Below the pieces are notes generated by a model that saw only the letters and a program-made list of their open reading frames with translations, searched no databases and was not told the DNA's origin. A program made the position numbers and the translations under genes. Shown here piece after piece: positions 7,137-16,791 of a DNA stretch of 45,301 nt. The DNA is from Gammaproteobacteria bacterium. Lineage in GTDB: Bacteria; Pseudomonadota; Gammaproteobacteria; SZUA-229. The DNA lies in contig JAFLJY010000279.1 in NCBI GenBank assembly GCA_022712755.1, forward strand, positions 1 to 45,301, given 5' to 3'. Numbering within the stretch: the first letter of the stretch is position 1; every line of letters begins with the position of its first letter.

Positions 7137-8822
7137 ATGCCATCAAATAATCAATTCCTGCTCAACAACGAACACCGCTTATTAGGCTTAATGCTGTCCA
7201 GTTTGCTGGCTGCCATTTATCTGGGCGATAGCGACATGATTTCGCTCAGTTTTTTAATTGCGCATTTTGGCTTTTTTCTGCTGTGGCAGCCGGTGGTTAA
7301 AAAGCAGGCGACCTTTAGTACTAAGCAGATTATTACTTTATCGGTTTTAATCTTTGCATTTATTTACTGGTTTAATCCCTGGCTGAATGTTTTCTGGTCT
7401 TTGCTGCTGCTCACCCTGTTAACCGGACGTATTTTTGCTCGCGGCCTTTCCCGTGCGGCTTACGGCTTCGCCGTCATCATTCTGTTTATTCAACTTATAT
7501 TAATTACTACCCCTGAACTGTTTAACCTTAACGCACTTTCATCATCAATGCAGTCAACGTTCAGCATGGTATTAATGCTACTGCCGTTAGCCTTACTGTT
7601 CATGCCGGTAACAGACACTGCCTCAAAGCAGATTGATTTTATTCGTGGATTTTTTGTGGTATTGCTGGTTATCTTTTTATGTATGAGCAGTGTATTAATC
7701 AGTCTAACTGCTAACCAGCCCTACATTGAATCATTAGCCATCAGCGTTTTTATCTTAAGTCTGTTTTTACTGCTAACCGCAGTATTATGGACACCGCGTA
7801 GCGGCTTTGCCGGGTTGGCGCAATTATGGGAAAAATACATTTTGGATATTGGCGGGCCTTTTGAGGAATGGGTGACGCATGTATCAAGCCTGGAAACCAA
7901 CACCAGCCTCAGAGCTGAAAACTTTCTTGCCGCAAGCTTACGCTATCTGATGCAGCAACACTGGATTTGCGGTGTTCATTGGCATACAAAAACAAATGAT
8001 GGTTTTGAAGGTGAAAAATCATCGTATCAGGTTAGTATCAATGATGAAAAACTGAAATTAACGCTGCATACCTATACCCCAGTCGGTCCTTCATTAATGT
8101 TACATGCAAAATTACTACTCAGTGTTTTAACCTTTTACTATCGAGCCAAATTACAGGAACAGCAACTCATTAAACAGGCGCATCTACAGGCTATTCATGA
8201 AACTGGCTCCAAGCTTACTCATGATATGAAAAATATTTTGCAATCGACCCATACCATGACACAAATCATTAATGATGACGACTCACAACTGTCAGAGATT
8301 ATTGATTCGCTAAAAAAACAAATGCCTTTATTAACTCAGCGTCTAAACACGACCCTGGAAAAATTACGAGCACCACAAAAAACAGAGCAGGTAACAAAAA
8401 GTTTAAGCGGCTCATTACTGCAATGGTGGAACCAGCTTCAGCATCGCTACACCGAAGGTCACCTACAGTTTTCCACTGACATAAATAAAGATATAGAAAT
8501 ACCTGTTGATGTTTTTACTACGGTAATTGAAAACCTGCTCGACAACGCCCGCAGTAAACGAAGCAGGGAACCTGAGCTTAAAATAGTGGTGCGACTTGCC
8601 AATAACAATGGACAGTTATGCTTGTCTGTGTGCGATACCGGTAGTGCGATTGACTCACAGATAGCAGAGCAGTTATTTAAAGAAGTAGTTTCGTCGCACG
8701 ATGGTTATGGCATTGGCCTTTACCAGTGTTATGAGCTTGCCAGGAATCATGGCTATGAATTGAGTGTTAAGGACAATATTGACAGGCGTGTTTGTTTTGC
8801 TTTAAAGCAAAAAATAAAATAA
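7137..8822 (+). CDS. Polytopic sensor histidine kinase (PrsK-like architecture)
   Basis: 561 aa with about 8 N-terminal TM helices. H-box SKLTHDMKNILQS, N-box ENLLDNA, G-boxes DTGSAI and GYGIGL. It converges on the pseudopilin gene with an 8-nt gap. Confidence 0.85.
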   Translation: MPSNNQFLLNNEHRLLGLMLSSLLAAIYLGDSDMISLSFLIAHFGFFLLWQPVVKKQATFSTKQIITLSVLIFAFIYWFNPWLNVFWSLLLLTLLTGRIFARGLSRAAYGFAVIILFIQLILITTPELFNLNALSSSMQSTFSMVLMLLPLALLFMPVTDTASKQIDFIRGFFVVLLVIFLCMSSVLISLTANQPYIESLAISVFILSLFLLLTAVLWTPRSGFAGLAQLWEKYILDIGGPFEEWVTHVSSLETNTSLRAENFLAASLRYLMQQHWICGVHWHTKTNDGFEGEKSSYQVSINDEKLKLTLHTYTPVGPSLMLHAKLLLSVLTFYYRAKLQEQQLIKQAHLQAIHETGSKLTHDMKNILQSTHTMTQIINDDDSQLSEIIDSLKKQMPLLTQRLNTTLEKLRAPQKTEQVTKSLSGSLLQWWNQLQHRYTEGHLQFSTDINKDIEIPVDVFTTVIENLLDNARSKRSREPELKIVVRLANNNGQLCLSVCDTGSAIDSQIAEQLFKEVVSSHDGYGIGLYQCYELARNHGYELSVKDNIDRRVCFALKQKIK

Positions 8823-8830
8823 CAAGCTCG

Positions 8831-9634
8831 TCAGGGTAGCTGATCTGCTTCCATCATTCGGCTGTATAAAATATATGGTGAGACCCAGATTATCAGGTCA
8901 TCAAATAATCCAGCTGCTGAATCTGCACTGCTATAACTCTTACTTACAAAGGCATTGCCATCGGTCACGGTGTACGCCAGGTTCTCACCTGCTGAATTTG
9001 CGCTAACGCTTGTTTCACCTGCATTTTCAATCTGATCAGCACTGGACACCACACCTGTTACAAAAGCGCTGCCATCTTTGCCTAATGCCAGTACTACAAA
9101 AGGAGCATTATCAATTAAGGTGGTAGCATTAGTTTCACAATCATCCGTTAAAGTGCTATCACCACTACAGATATGTAAATTCGGGCTTAATAAATCCATA
9201 CCAACATCCTCCATGCCACCAGAGCCAGCTAATGAGGTAAACGCATTCGAGTTACTATCAGTTACGCTGTATCTAATGGGATTGCCCCAAACATCAATAA
9301 GTAAATTATCACGATTATAGGCACCATCTATACCTAATGTTTTACCAGGTATAAAACCATGCTGCCGAGTACAAGTACCACCCACACCAGGATCTTCCTC
9401 CCCATCACTCGTTGCTATTGCGGGGCACGGCAAACGGCCTTTTGCACTGGCAAAACCTAAAAGTGCTGTCTTAATATCTTCAAGTTGGTCTTTTGTATTA
9501 TTTCGCTGTGTGGTTTCAATTCTTTGTGTAAGAGAGCCAATAAAACTACCTAACAATATACCGACAATAACCAAAACCACGGCTATTTCTATTAATGTGA
9601 ATCCCTTTTGTTTTTTTATGTTTTTTATAGACAT
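8831..9634 (-). CDS. Pseudopilin / minor pilin with prepilin-type N-terminus
   Basis: 267 aa. Signal KKQKG/FTLIEIAVVLVIVGILLG with Glu5. Motifs GRLPCPA and DVWGNPIRY (GspG-like). Its start overlaps the upstream stop by 10 nt. Confidence 0.8.
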   Translation of the reverse strand: MSIKNIKKQKGFTLIEIAVVLVIVGILLGSFIGSLTQRIETTQRNNTKDQLEDIKTALLGFASAKGRLPCPAIATSDGEEDPGVGGTCTRQHGFIPGKTLGIDGAYNRDNLLIDVWGNPIRYSVTDSNSNAFTSLAGSGGMEDVGMDLLSPNLHICSGDSTLTDDCETNATTLIDNAPFVVLALGKDGSAFVTGVVSSADQIENAGETSVSANSAGENLAYTVTDGNAFVSKSYSSADSAAGLFDDLIIWVSPYILYSRMMEADQLP

Positions 9635-11154
9635 TCGGCAACACTCATGTCCGAGTTAATGCAAAACATAATGTCATTACTCGTTAAAACATCTACGGGA
9701 GAATAGTTTTTATCGCCATTGGCATCTGGGAAATTCACGTCATTGTTATTCTCAATATAATTAGCAATATCATCTTTATCATCTACACCATCTATTGCCA
9801 TCGTGCCATCAAGTGGTGGCGCATAACGCTGTTGTGCACCCTGTTTTTCCCCTGAAAAAAAAACAATACCTGCTTTATCACCATTTAACTGAATACAACC
9901 CGCTGTACAATCACTACCCGTATTATCCGGATTATAACTTTTTGAAAGGGCATAAAAAAAATATTCCTTCCAGTTAGACCATAAATTCCAATACTCGCCA
10001 TTTTTATCAGTCAAGTTAATTGTCGTGCCATCAGAAACAAGAAGTGAACTACAAAATCCATATTCAAAAAATCCAGCATAAGGAGTAGGCGATTGTGTCA
10101 GGCTATTACCAATTGTCAAATTGGAATTTAATACTTGATAGGGTAACCTGCCAGCATGCCCATTAGTATCATTGGCATTATCATCATAACTGTAGTTATT
10201 TCTGTATTCATTACCATTCAAATTCATTGCTGCTGGCCAGGGCAGTGATTTTTTTCCCACAGTATTATCATTATCTTTTGCATATTCAGCCAGACACATA
10301 GCCATTGCTTCTGCCAGATTCCTCATTTTATTATTAAACATGGTGCCTGTAATGCTTGCTTTTATCACTTCCCAAAATTCTTGATGGCTAATAGTAATCA
10401 ATCGATCATTCAGTGGATTATTACCGTCCTCTGATCCGGCATAAACTGCGATAAAATCTTCTATGACATTATTAACAGAGGGGTCGATGGCAGCATTATT
10501 GGTACTACCATCATCATCCAGATAGGCAGCAATTAATGTTGCAATATCATTACCATAATAAGAACCACATGTAATCGCCGCATCATTCTCTCTTGTCTGA
10601 CCCTGCAAAGTAGTTTCTGGCGCAATAATAACTACCACTGGGCGATCCTCAGGTAAAGTACCCTGTACCGTTGCACCTGCACTATCAACCACTCTAAATT
10701 GCCCATAACTATCGGGGTTCAATCCAGCAAACGGGCTATTTTTATATGCAGGAGAAACGCCATACAATAAACAATTGCCGCTACTGTCTTTTGTTATATC
10801 AATACCAAGTGTACGCCATGGGAAGTAACCGATGGCATTAGAGTATGCAGTACCACAACTACCATCCTGTTCGCCATCAGGATTATTACTGTTATAATCT
10901 GGACAGGGCAACTTTCCTATTCTTCCAGCATGACTACCATCCGATTGCCACTTTATTAACGCATAATCCAGCAACGCCTGTTTCGCATGTTTAAGCACAG
11001 CCTGTGTGCTTTCAGCCTTATCAACCTTAATCTTAACAATCGAAATAGTAGAAAAATAATAACTGGAAACAGCTATAAAAATGACAACAACCATAACCAG
11101 CAAGGCCAGACCCTGCTGTTTTTTTTTACCTTTTGGTTGATAATTGATATTCAC
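9625..11154 (-). CDS. Giant PilX/GspK-like minor pseudopilin (non-canonical prepilin N-terminus, no Glu5)
   Basis: The ORF is open to 11217, but that start would overlap the upstream gene by 56 nt. A GTG at 11154 lies 7 nt after the upstream stop and gives the leader MNINYQPKGKKKQQG/LALLVMVVVIFIAV. It shares the ALL-x-Y/F-A...G-x-LPCP-D/A...TLGID module with the 267-aa pseudopilin. Confidence 0.6.
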   Translation of the reverse strand: MNINYQPKGKKKQQGLALLVMVVVIFIAVSSYYFSTISIVKIKVDKAESTQAVLKHAKQALLDYALIKWQSDGSHAGRIGKLPCPDYNSNNPDGEQDGSCGTAYSNAIGYFPWRTLGIDITKDSSGNCLLYGVSPAYKNSPFAGLNPDSYGQFRVVDSAGATVQGTLPEDRPVVVIIAPETTLQGQTRENDAAITCGSYYGNDIATLIAAYLDDDGSTNNAAIDPSVNNVIEDFIAVYAGSEDGNNPLNDRLITISHQEFWEVIKASITGTMFNNKMRNLAEAMAMCLAEYAKDNDNTVGKKSLPWPAAMNLNGNEYRNNYSYDDNANDTNGHAGRLPYQVLNSNLTIGNSLTQSPTPYAGFFEYGFCSSLLVSDGTTINLTDKNGEYWNLWSNWKEYFFYALSKSYNPDNTGSDCTAGCIQLNGDKAGIVFFSGEKQGAQQRYAPPLDGTMAIDGVDDKDDIANYIENNNDVNFPDANGDKNYSPVDVLTSNDIMFCINSDMSVAECL

Positions 11155-11161
11155 CGCTCGC

Positions 11162-11581
11162 CTATTTTTTGTACCAGGTTTCACCCGGTTTAAGCTGTTT
11201 TCTTTTACCGTCCACACTAACCGTTACTTGCTGGTTTTTACCAACACTGCCATGATGAACTTTTATACTGCCTATGCTTGAACTGTCCAGCGTGTTTTTA
11301 TTATTTATCCACACCACACTTTTACCATCACTGCGCGTCATGAAACCGGTGACTTCTATTTTTTTTGTGCGTTTTTTGGTGACCGTCTGGGTAACAGCCT
11401 GAGTGACTTTACCTGAACGCGCGGCATCAATTAGTGCGCGTTGCTTTTTATCAGTAAAAAGTTTCTGCAAATCAGCCACGTCATATTCTGCATAAGATGC
11501 ATTACTGCAAAGCAAACAAAACAGACCCGCTATAACTAATTTAATTTTTACGGGTTTAATTTTTATTGGTGTGTGTCTCAT
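11162..11581 (-). CDS. Small secreted assembly protein, MshK/PilP-like by size and position
   Basis: 139 aa with a signal peptide (LVIAGLFCLLCSNASYA) and a small beta-rich C-terminal domain. It follows the PilO-like gene. Confidence 0.45.
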   Translation of the reverse strand: MRHTPIKIKPVKIKLVIAGLFCLLCSNASYAEYDVADLQKLFTDKKQRALIDAARSGKVTQAVTQTVTKKRTKKIEVTGFMTRSDGKSVVWINNKNTLDSSSIGSIKVHHGSVGKNQQVTVSVDGKRKQLKPGETWYKK

Positions 11582-11586
11582 GTTTT

Positions 11587-12231
11587 TTAACGCGAGTTGT
11601 TACGACTGCTATTCGCTTTTGAACTTTTAAAAGTGTACCAGCCAAGCTCACAATAAGCTTTCAGGCTGCTATTAATTATGCCGTTATTAATGTCGACACC
11701 TTCTTTGCTTATTTTTTCTATATTACAGCGCTCTACTGCAAACAGGCCATCTGCCTTTCTCAAATCGTTTAATAAGGCAAACAGGTCACCTTCATGCGCC
11801 ATTTTTGTATCCAGCGTCATGACGCTCTTAAACACATCGATGCCACGGTACTGATTTTTTAAGTTATTTTCATTTAATAGTTTTTGCGCAGAAATGCTGT
11901 ATTTAACCGAAGGCATACCGCGTTCTTTAGCTGTACTCTGAATGGTTTCAAACCAGCTCAGGCGATCTTCAGAACCCACTACGCCCTGCTTAACTAACTT
12001 TAAAAAATTACTCTCAAACTCATCAATAATCTGATTATTTTCTACCGAACTATTTATTTTGCCCTGCCATAAACGCATTGCACGTTTTGCTGCCTGCTCA
12101 TCCTGATAAACATTATCCATATAGGCAAAAGAAACAGATACAACAATTATGCTTAATACCAGCATGACAGTAAAAACGCCAGCTGCACGAATGAATACCG
12201 GGGTCGTATTGTTAGATACGCCGTCAAACAT
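11587..12231 (-). CDS. Bitopic inner-membrane assembly protein, MshJ/PilO-like
   Basis: 214 aa with a single N-terminal TM (AAGVFTVMLVLSIIVVSVSF) and a periplasmic remainder. It overlaps the upstream gene by 8 nt. Confidence 0.5.
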   Translation of the reverse strand: MFDGVSNNTTPVFIRAAGVFTVMLVLSIIVVSVSFAYMDNVYQDEQAAKRAMRLWQGKINSSVENNQIIDEFESNFLKLVKQGVVGSEDRLSWFETIQSTAKERGMPSVKYSISAQKLLNENNLKNQYRGIDVFKSVMTLDTKMAHEGDLFALLNDLRKADGLFAVERCNIEKISKEGVDINNGIINSSLKAYCELGWYTFKSSKANSSRNNSR

Positions 12232-13807
12232 GGCCGGGAGCCTTCATGGTTATTTTTAGGCTAAAAAGTCCGGAGGTCTGTTTTTTATTAGCTTGTCTTA
12301 TCTCCACACCAGACTCAGAAGAAAATTTACTCGCTGAGCGAAGATCAACTGGCATCTTTATCACTTCAGCATTATCAACTCGCCCACTGGCTTTTAAGGT
12401 ATCAACGATTGTCTGTATCTGCTTTATTGATTCACGATAATTATGTTCTGGCTGATCGATACGCCCGGTCACTATTGCACTATGTTTAACGGCTAAGCTG
12501 TCAGTAAAGTTTGCTTTGTCTGCATCAAGGGTTTTATCAACAAGGTTTACTGCCTGCCATTCAATTTTGTCTATGTGTACTGCACCCAGTTTTTTTTTGC
12601 TGATAATATGACTTAAACTTATTAAAAAATCCAGCGGCGAAGTCGCACTGTTTGTTTTTATTTGCTGAGCCAGTTCAACTGCTGAATTCATCACCCCGGC
12701 GTTTTCAAAAACTTCTTCAAAATCTTTAAACTTATTCGCATATAACGCCTGATAGTTTTTTTCCTCCTGCACCAATAATACAATGGACTTTTCATATTCC
12801 AGCGCATTAGATAGATTAGATTGCGCGAATAATACAGCGATAATCACCACTAACAAACTTGCCGAATACAGCGCTGTCGCCGCTAATATGTTGTAATAAC
12901 GATTAAAGGACTGCCGCTGTCCGTAATGACTAACGGATAAATGCTGACTCACACATAACCAGGAAAAAATATTATCTGAAAACTTTGTCGTTATGCCTTT
13001 TAAACTTAATTTATTTTGTATGTCTTCGACAGAATGAATAGTAACGGTTTGTTTATTGCCTGACTGCTCATTGTCTTTAAAAAACCGCTGCAATGACTGT
13101 AACTGCTCATTACTACCAAGAATGTGAAGATTTATTATTTCATCGCTAGCAACCAGGTTTTGTACGCGCAAGAATTCTATCGTGCGATTAACTTCTGGTG
13201 CGGCAAACTTACCAATATCAGATATATCGCTTATGTCCTGATTGATGATGGATTGACGACTTGAAATTAATTTGCCGTTTCTAAACAATGTCTGTCTGAC
13301 ATTACTGTTTACCTGTTGACTCACCAGCAAAACAACGCCTGTTGTGGCTTTTAGGGTCTTTAGCAGTTTTTTACTAATAAGAGGTAGCGTCCATATGCCT
13401 GACAGGGGAACTTCACATTCATCCAGCACACTGAGCCATGGTTGAACTATCTGCGGATTGGTCATTGCAGCAATAAACACAATGTCATCTTTTCTTCCAC
13501 TTTTTACTCTTCCTATGATCTCACTATAACAATAATCCTGACTTGAGCGGTAATACCGGTCAATCAATCTGTTAATAACTGATTTTCTATCATTGTGGCC
13601 AACATGGGGTATCTTTTCGTTTCTGAAGTCTTCTTCAATAACATCAACAAGAAATTTCCCGGGAATATTTATCGTTTGTATCAGGTACTGACGGAAACTA
13701 TCCAGCCCGGATCTAGTTGACTCAAAGGAGAAACTTCCCACTAACTCCTTGCCCTTCCAGTGCAGTACAGTTAAACGATAACCGGTAAAATAAAATAATC
13801 GTTTCAT
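12224..13807 (-). CDS. PilM-PilN fusion-like assembly protein, MshI-like
   Basis: 527 aa: an N-domain of about 300 aa (cytoplasmic), one TM (ILAATALYSASLLVVIIAVLF), and about 190 periplasmic residues. This is the MshI architecture and size. Confidence 0.55.
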   Translation of the reverse strand: MKRLFYFTGYRLTVLHWKGKELVGSFSFESTRSGLDSFRQYLIQTINIPGKFLVDVIEEDFRNEKIPHVGHNDRKSVINRLIDRYYRSSQDYCYSEIIGRVKSGRKDDIVFIAAMTNPQIVQPWLSVLDECEVPLSGIWTLPLISKKLLKTLKATTGVVLLVSQQVNSNVRQTLFRNGKLISSRQSIINQDISDISDIGKFAAPEVNRTIEFLRVQNLVASDEIINLHILGSNEQLQSLQRFFKDNEQSGNKQTVTIHSVEDIQNKLSLKGITTKFSDNIFSWLCVSQHLSVSHYGQRQSFNRYYNILAATALYSASLLVVIIAVLFAQSNLSNALEYEKSIVLLVQEEKNYQALYANKFKDFEEVFENAGVMNSAVELAQQIKTNSATSPLDFLISLSHIISKKKLGAVHIDKIEWQAVNLVDKTLDADKANFTDSLAVKHSAIVTGRIDQPEHNYRESIKQIQTIVDTLKASGRVDNAEVIKMPVDLRSASKFSSESGVEIRQANKKQTSGLFSLKITMKAPGHV

Positions 13808-13812
13808 TAGTG

Positions 13813-15021
13813 CTATATTTTCACTCCGGCAACCGCGTCATACACTGGACCCAATACTGCCATCATTATCCACATCATAATGCCGCCCAATATAACGGTA
13901 AGTATTGGCAATATTGCCGGTTCGATTTTATCAATCGATTCTTTCACTTCCCGGTTATAAAAATAACTAACATTCAATAAAGCATCATCCATCGCACCGG
14001 TGTCTTCGCCCACTTTTAACATACGCACAATCATTGATGGGAACACACCAACTGCCTCAAAACTTTTGCTTATGATCGTGCCTTCTGAAATGCTGGCTCT
14101 GGCTTCTTTGATTGAGGCTTCAAGCACCAGGTTATCAACCATATCTTCTGATATTTTTAATGCATCTAACACTGTTATGCCTGCGCTATACATCATGGCA
14201 AAGTAATTAGCGAACCGTGCCAGTTTTATTTTTGTCATTAAGGGGCCAAAAATCCAAAAATTTAACTTTAGCCCGTCAAAATAATATTTAACCCGACTGT
14301 TGTTTTTTGCCAGCATTTTTAAACCAAATATCAGTACAAAAGGCAGGCTAAAAATTATGTACCAGTAGTCTACAAATATGTCTGAGACCACAATAAGAAC
14401 TTTTGTGTGCGTTGGAATTTCTGTACCCAGGTTTTTAATAAACGGCAACATCTGCGGCATTAAATACATCATTAAAAAAGAAACCACCAGCAAAACAATG
14501 ACAGAGACAATTGCCGGATATATCATTATTTTTTTTGTCTGTGAAACCAGCTCGTCCTGCCAGCGTATGGTTTCAGCAAGGTCGTTTAATACCACCGCTA
14601 ATTGTCCTGTCTCCTCACCAACGCGAACCAGGGTGACATACACTTTATCGAATATTTCCGGATGTTCGGCCAGTGCTAATGACAAAGTTTTACCGCCTTC
14701 AATATCATCAATAACGGTTTGTAACACATCGGTAAAATGACTGTATTCAATGCTGTCGCGAATATCTTTCAAACTGTCAATTAATGGTACGCCTGATTTT
14801 ATTAGTTGCTCTATATGAAAGGTAAAGTTGATCAACTCTCGCCGGCTGATACTTTTGCTGCGAAAACTTATTTTTGCCGCTTTATGTTGTTCTTTATAAC
14901 TTAATAAATCAAAACCCATGGTGCTCAGGCGTTTTTCCAGCTCCATGGGGTTACTTGCAACCATAGTATCGTTGCGAATTTTGCCTTTAGCATCAATCGT
15001 TCTGAATTTATAATCTGGCAC
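13813..15021 (-). CDS. mshG: Type IV filament platform protein (GspF/PilC family), MshG-like
   Basis: 402 aa with duplicated T2SSF-type repeats and 3 TM helices. GTG start preceded by an AGGAAAG Shine-Dalgarno sequence. Confidence 0.88.
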   Translation of the reverse strand: MPDYKFRTIDAKGKIRNDTMVASNPMELEKRLSTMGFDLLSYKEQHKAAKISFRSKSISRRELINFTFHIEQLIKSGVPLIDSLKDIRDSIEYSHFTDVLQTVIDDIEGGKTLSLALAEHPEIFDKVYVTLVRVGEETGQLAVVLNDLAETIRWQDELVSQTKKIMIYPAIVSVIVLLVVSFLMMYLMPQMLPFIKNLGTEIPTHTKVLIVVSDIFVDYWYIIFSLPFVLIFGLKMLAKNNSRVKYYFDGLKLNFWIFGPLMTKIKLARFANYFAMMYSAGITVLDALKISEDMVDNLVLEASIKEARASISEGTIISKSFEAVGVFPSMIVRMLKVGEDTGAMDDALLNVSYFYNREVKESIDKIEPAILPILTVILGGIMMWIMMAVLGPVYDAVAGVKI

Positions 15022-15063
15022 GGGGCTTTCCTAAATAGGACTTTCCTAAGTAATGCATCCCAA

Positions 15064-16791
15064 TCACATTAATCGCTGTGTTAAATCAATGACGCGGGTG
15101 ACTTCAGTTAATGATGTCCTGCCCTCAAGTACACAACGAACCGCATCATCTGCCAGTGTTTTATAACCGGTTTTTTTTGCGGTCGCTCTTAACTCACCCA
15201 GGGTCGCTCGTTTTGCAATTTGTTCATCCAGTTCATCATTAATTCTTAGTGCTTCAATAATGGCGACTCGACCTTTGTAACCGGTATTGTCACAATGTTT
15301 GCAACCAGCAGATTCATATATACGATGTTTCCTGCTTTCTATTTCGCTGTCAATTTCAATGCCAAGTAGTTTGCTTTCTACCTCGTCGGGAATCGATTTT
15401 ACTTTGCATTTTGCACACAGTAATCGAATTAGACGTTGGCTAATCACGCCAATAATGTTACCGGTCATAATATCGGGCAAGATACCAATATCAAGCAATC
15501 GTGGAAATGTACCAATGGCTGAATTGGTATGCAGTGTGGAAAGCACCTGATGCCCCGTCATGGCTGCACGAAACGCCATGTCTGCAGTATCTTCATCGCG
15601 TATCTCACCGATAAGAATAATATCCGGATCCTGGCGCATCATGGAGCGAATGCCGTTGGCAAAATCCATGCGGGCAACTTCATTAACTGAGGTTTGCCGG
15701 ATCATATCCATTGGGTATTCCACAGGGTCTTCCAGCGTCATGATGTTCACCTGCTCTGACTTCACATAATTTAATAGTGAATAAAGGGTGGTGGTTTTAC
15801 CACTTCCTGTCGGCCCGGTAACCAGAATAATGCCCTCTGGCCTTGCCATCATCATTTTTAAGTCATTTAGGGTGTCTTCATGAATACCCAGCTGATCCAT
15901 CGGCACGATGCCTTTAGCACGATCAAGCACCCGTAAAACGATATTTTCACCATGGGTTGTTGGTTGTGCAGAGACTCGAAAATCGACCCTGTGCCCCTGC
16001 ACCTGCAAACTTAAACGCCCATCCTGCGGTATGCGGGTTTCTGCAATATTCATTTTGCACATGACTTTTAAGCGCACCACAATAGCCGACCAATAGTCTT
16101 TATGTAAGCTGCGAATTTGTCTTAGCACACCATCAATGCGGTAACGCAGACGCAGGAAACCTTCCTCAGGTTCAAAATGAATATCCGATGCTTCTCGTTT
16201 TACCGCGTCGGCTAAAATTGCATCCACCAGACGCACTAGTGGCTGGCTGTACTCATCTTCCGTTGCATCAAGGCTGTGGTAATCAATTTCCCCGGTTTCG
16301 ATTTCATGCAATATGCCGTCAACCGATAATTCGTATCCATAAAACTGGTCAACCGCTTTTTTAATCTCACTCTCACTTGCCACCATGGGGATAATTTCAA
16401 TTTTTCGCCCAACCAGTGCATGCACTCTATCGAGTATTATTAAGTCAGAGGCGTTTTTCATCGCAATGCTTAATTGTTTGCGTGCTTCATCAAAACTTAC
16501 CGGTACGATGGTGTAACGTACAGCTGTTTCTTTTTTAATCAGGTCTATTGCTATTTTATCGGGAATCATACTGCTCAGATCGACACTGGCTATGCCCAAC
16601 ACCTGACTAATCGCATCACGCATAACGGATTCAGAAACAAATCCTAATGTAACCAGCACCTCACCTAGCAGGCGGTGTTTCTTTTTTTGCTCGGTTAAAG
16701 CAATATCAAGCTGGTCTATCGATATTAAACCCTTGTCCAGCAATTGCTGGCCCAGCTTTTTTTTCACATTAATTATGGCAGGTGCTTTCAT
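15064..16791 (-). CDS. mshE: Type IV filament extension ATPase (GspE/PilB family) with MshEN-type N-domain
   Basis: 575 aa. Walker A GPTGSGKTT and a tetracysteine motif CAKC...CKHC. The N-terminus carries tandem motifs KLGQQLLDKGLISIDQLDIALTEQ and RLLGEVLVTLGFVSESVMRDAISQ. Confidence 0.92.
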   Translation of the reverse strand: MKAPAIINVKKKLGQQLLDKGLISIDQLDIALTEQKKKHRLLGEVLVTLGFVSESVMRDAISQVLGIASVDLSSMIPDKIAIDLIKKETAVRYTIVPVSFDEARKQLSIAMKNASDLIILDRVHALVGRKIEIIPMVASESEIKKAVDQFYGYELSVDGILHEIETGEIDYHSLDATEDEYSQPLVRLVDAILADAVKREASDIHFEPEEGFLRLRYRIDGVLRQIRSLHKDYWSAIVVRLKVMCKMNIAETRIPQDGRLSLQVQGHRVDFRVSAQPTTHGENIVLRVLDRAKGIVPMDQLGIHEDTLNDLKMMMARPEGIILVTGPTGSGKTTTLYSLLNYVKSEQVNIMTLEDPVEYPMDMIRQTSVNEVARMDFANGIRSMMRQDPDIILIGEIRDEDTADMAFRAAMTGHQVLSTLHTNSAIGTFPRLLDIGILPDIMTGNIIGVISQRLIRLLCAKCKVKSIPDEVESKLLGIEIDSEIESRKHRIYESAGCKHCDNTGYKGRVAIIEALRINDELDEQIAKRATLGELRATAKKTGYKTLADDAVRCVLEGRTSLTEVTRVIDLTQRLM

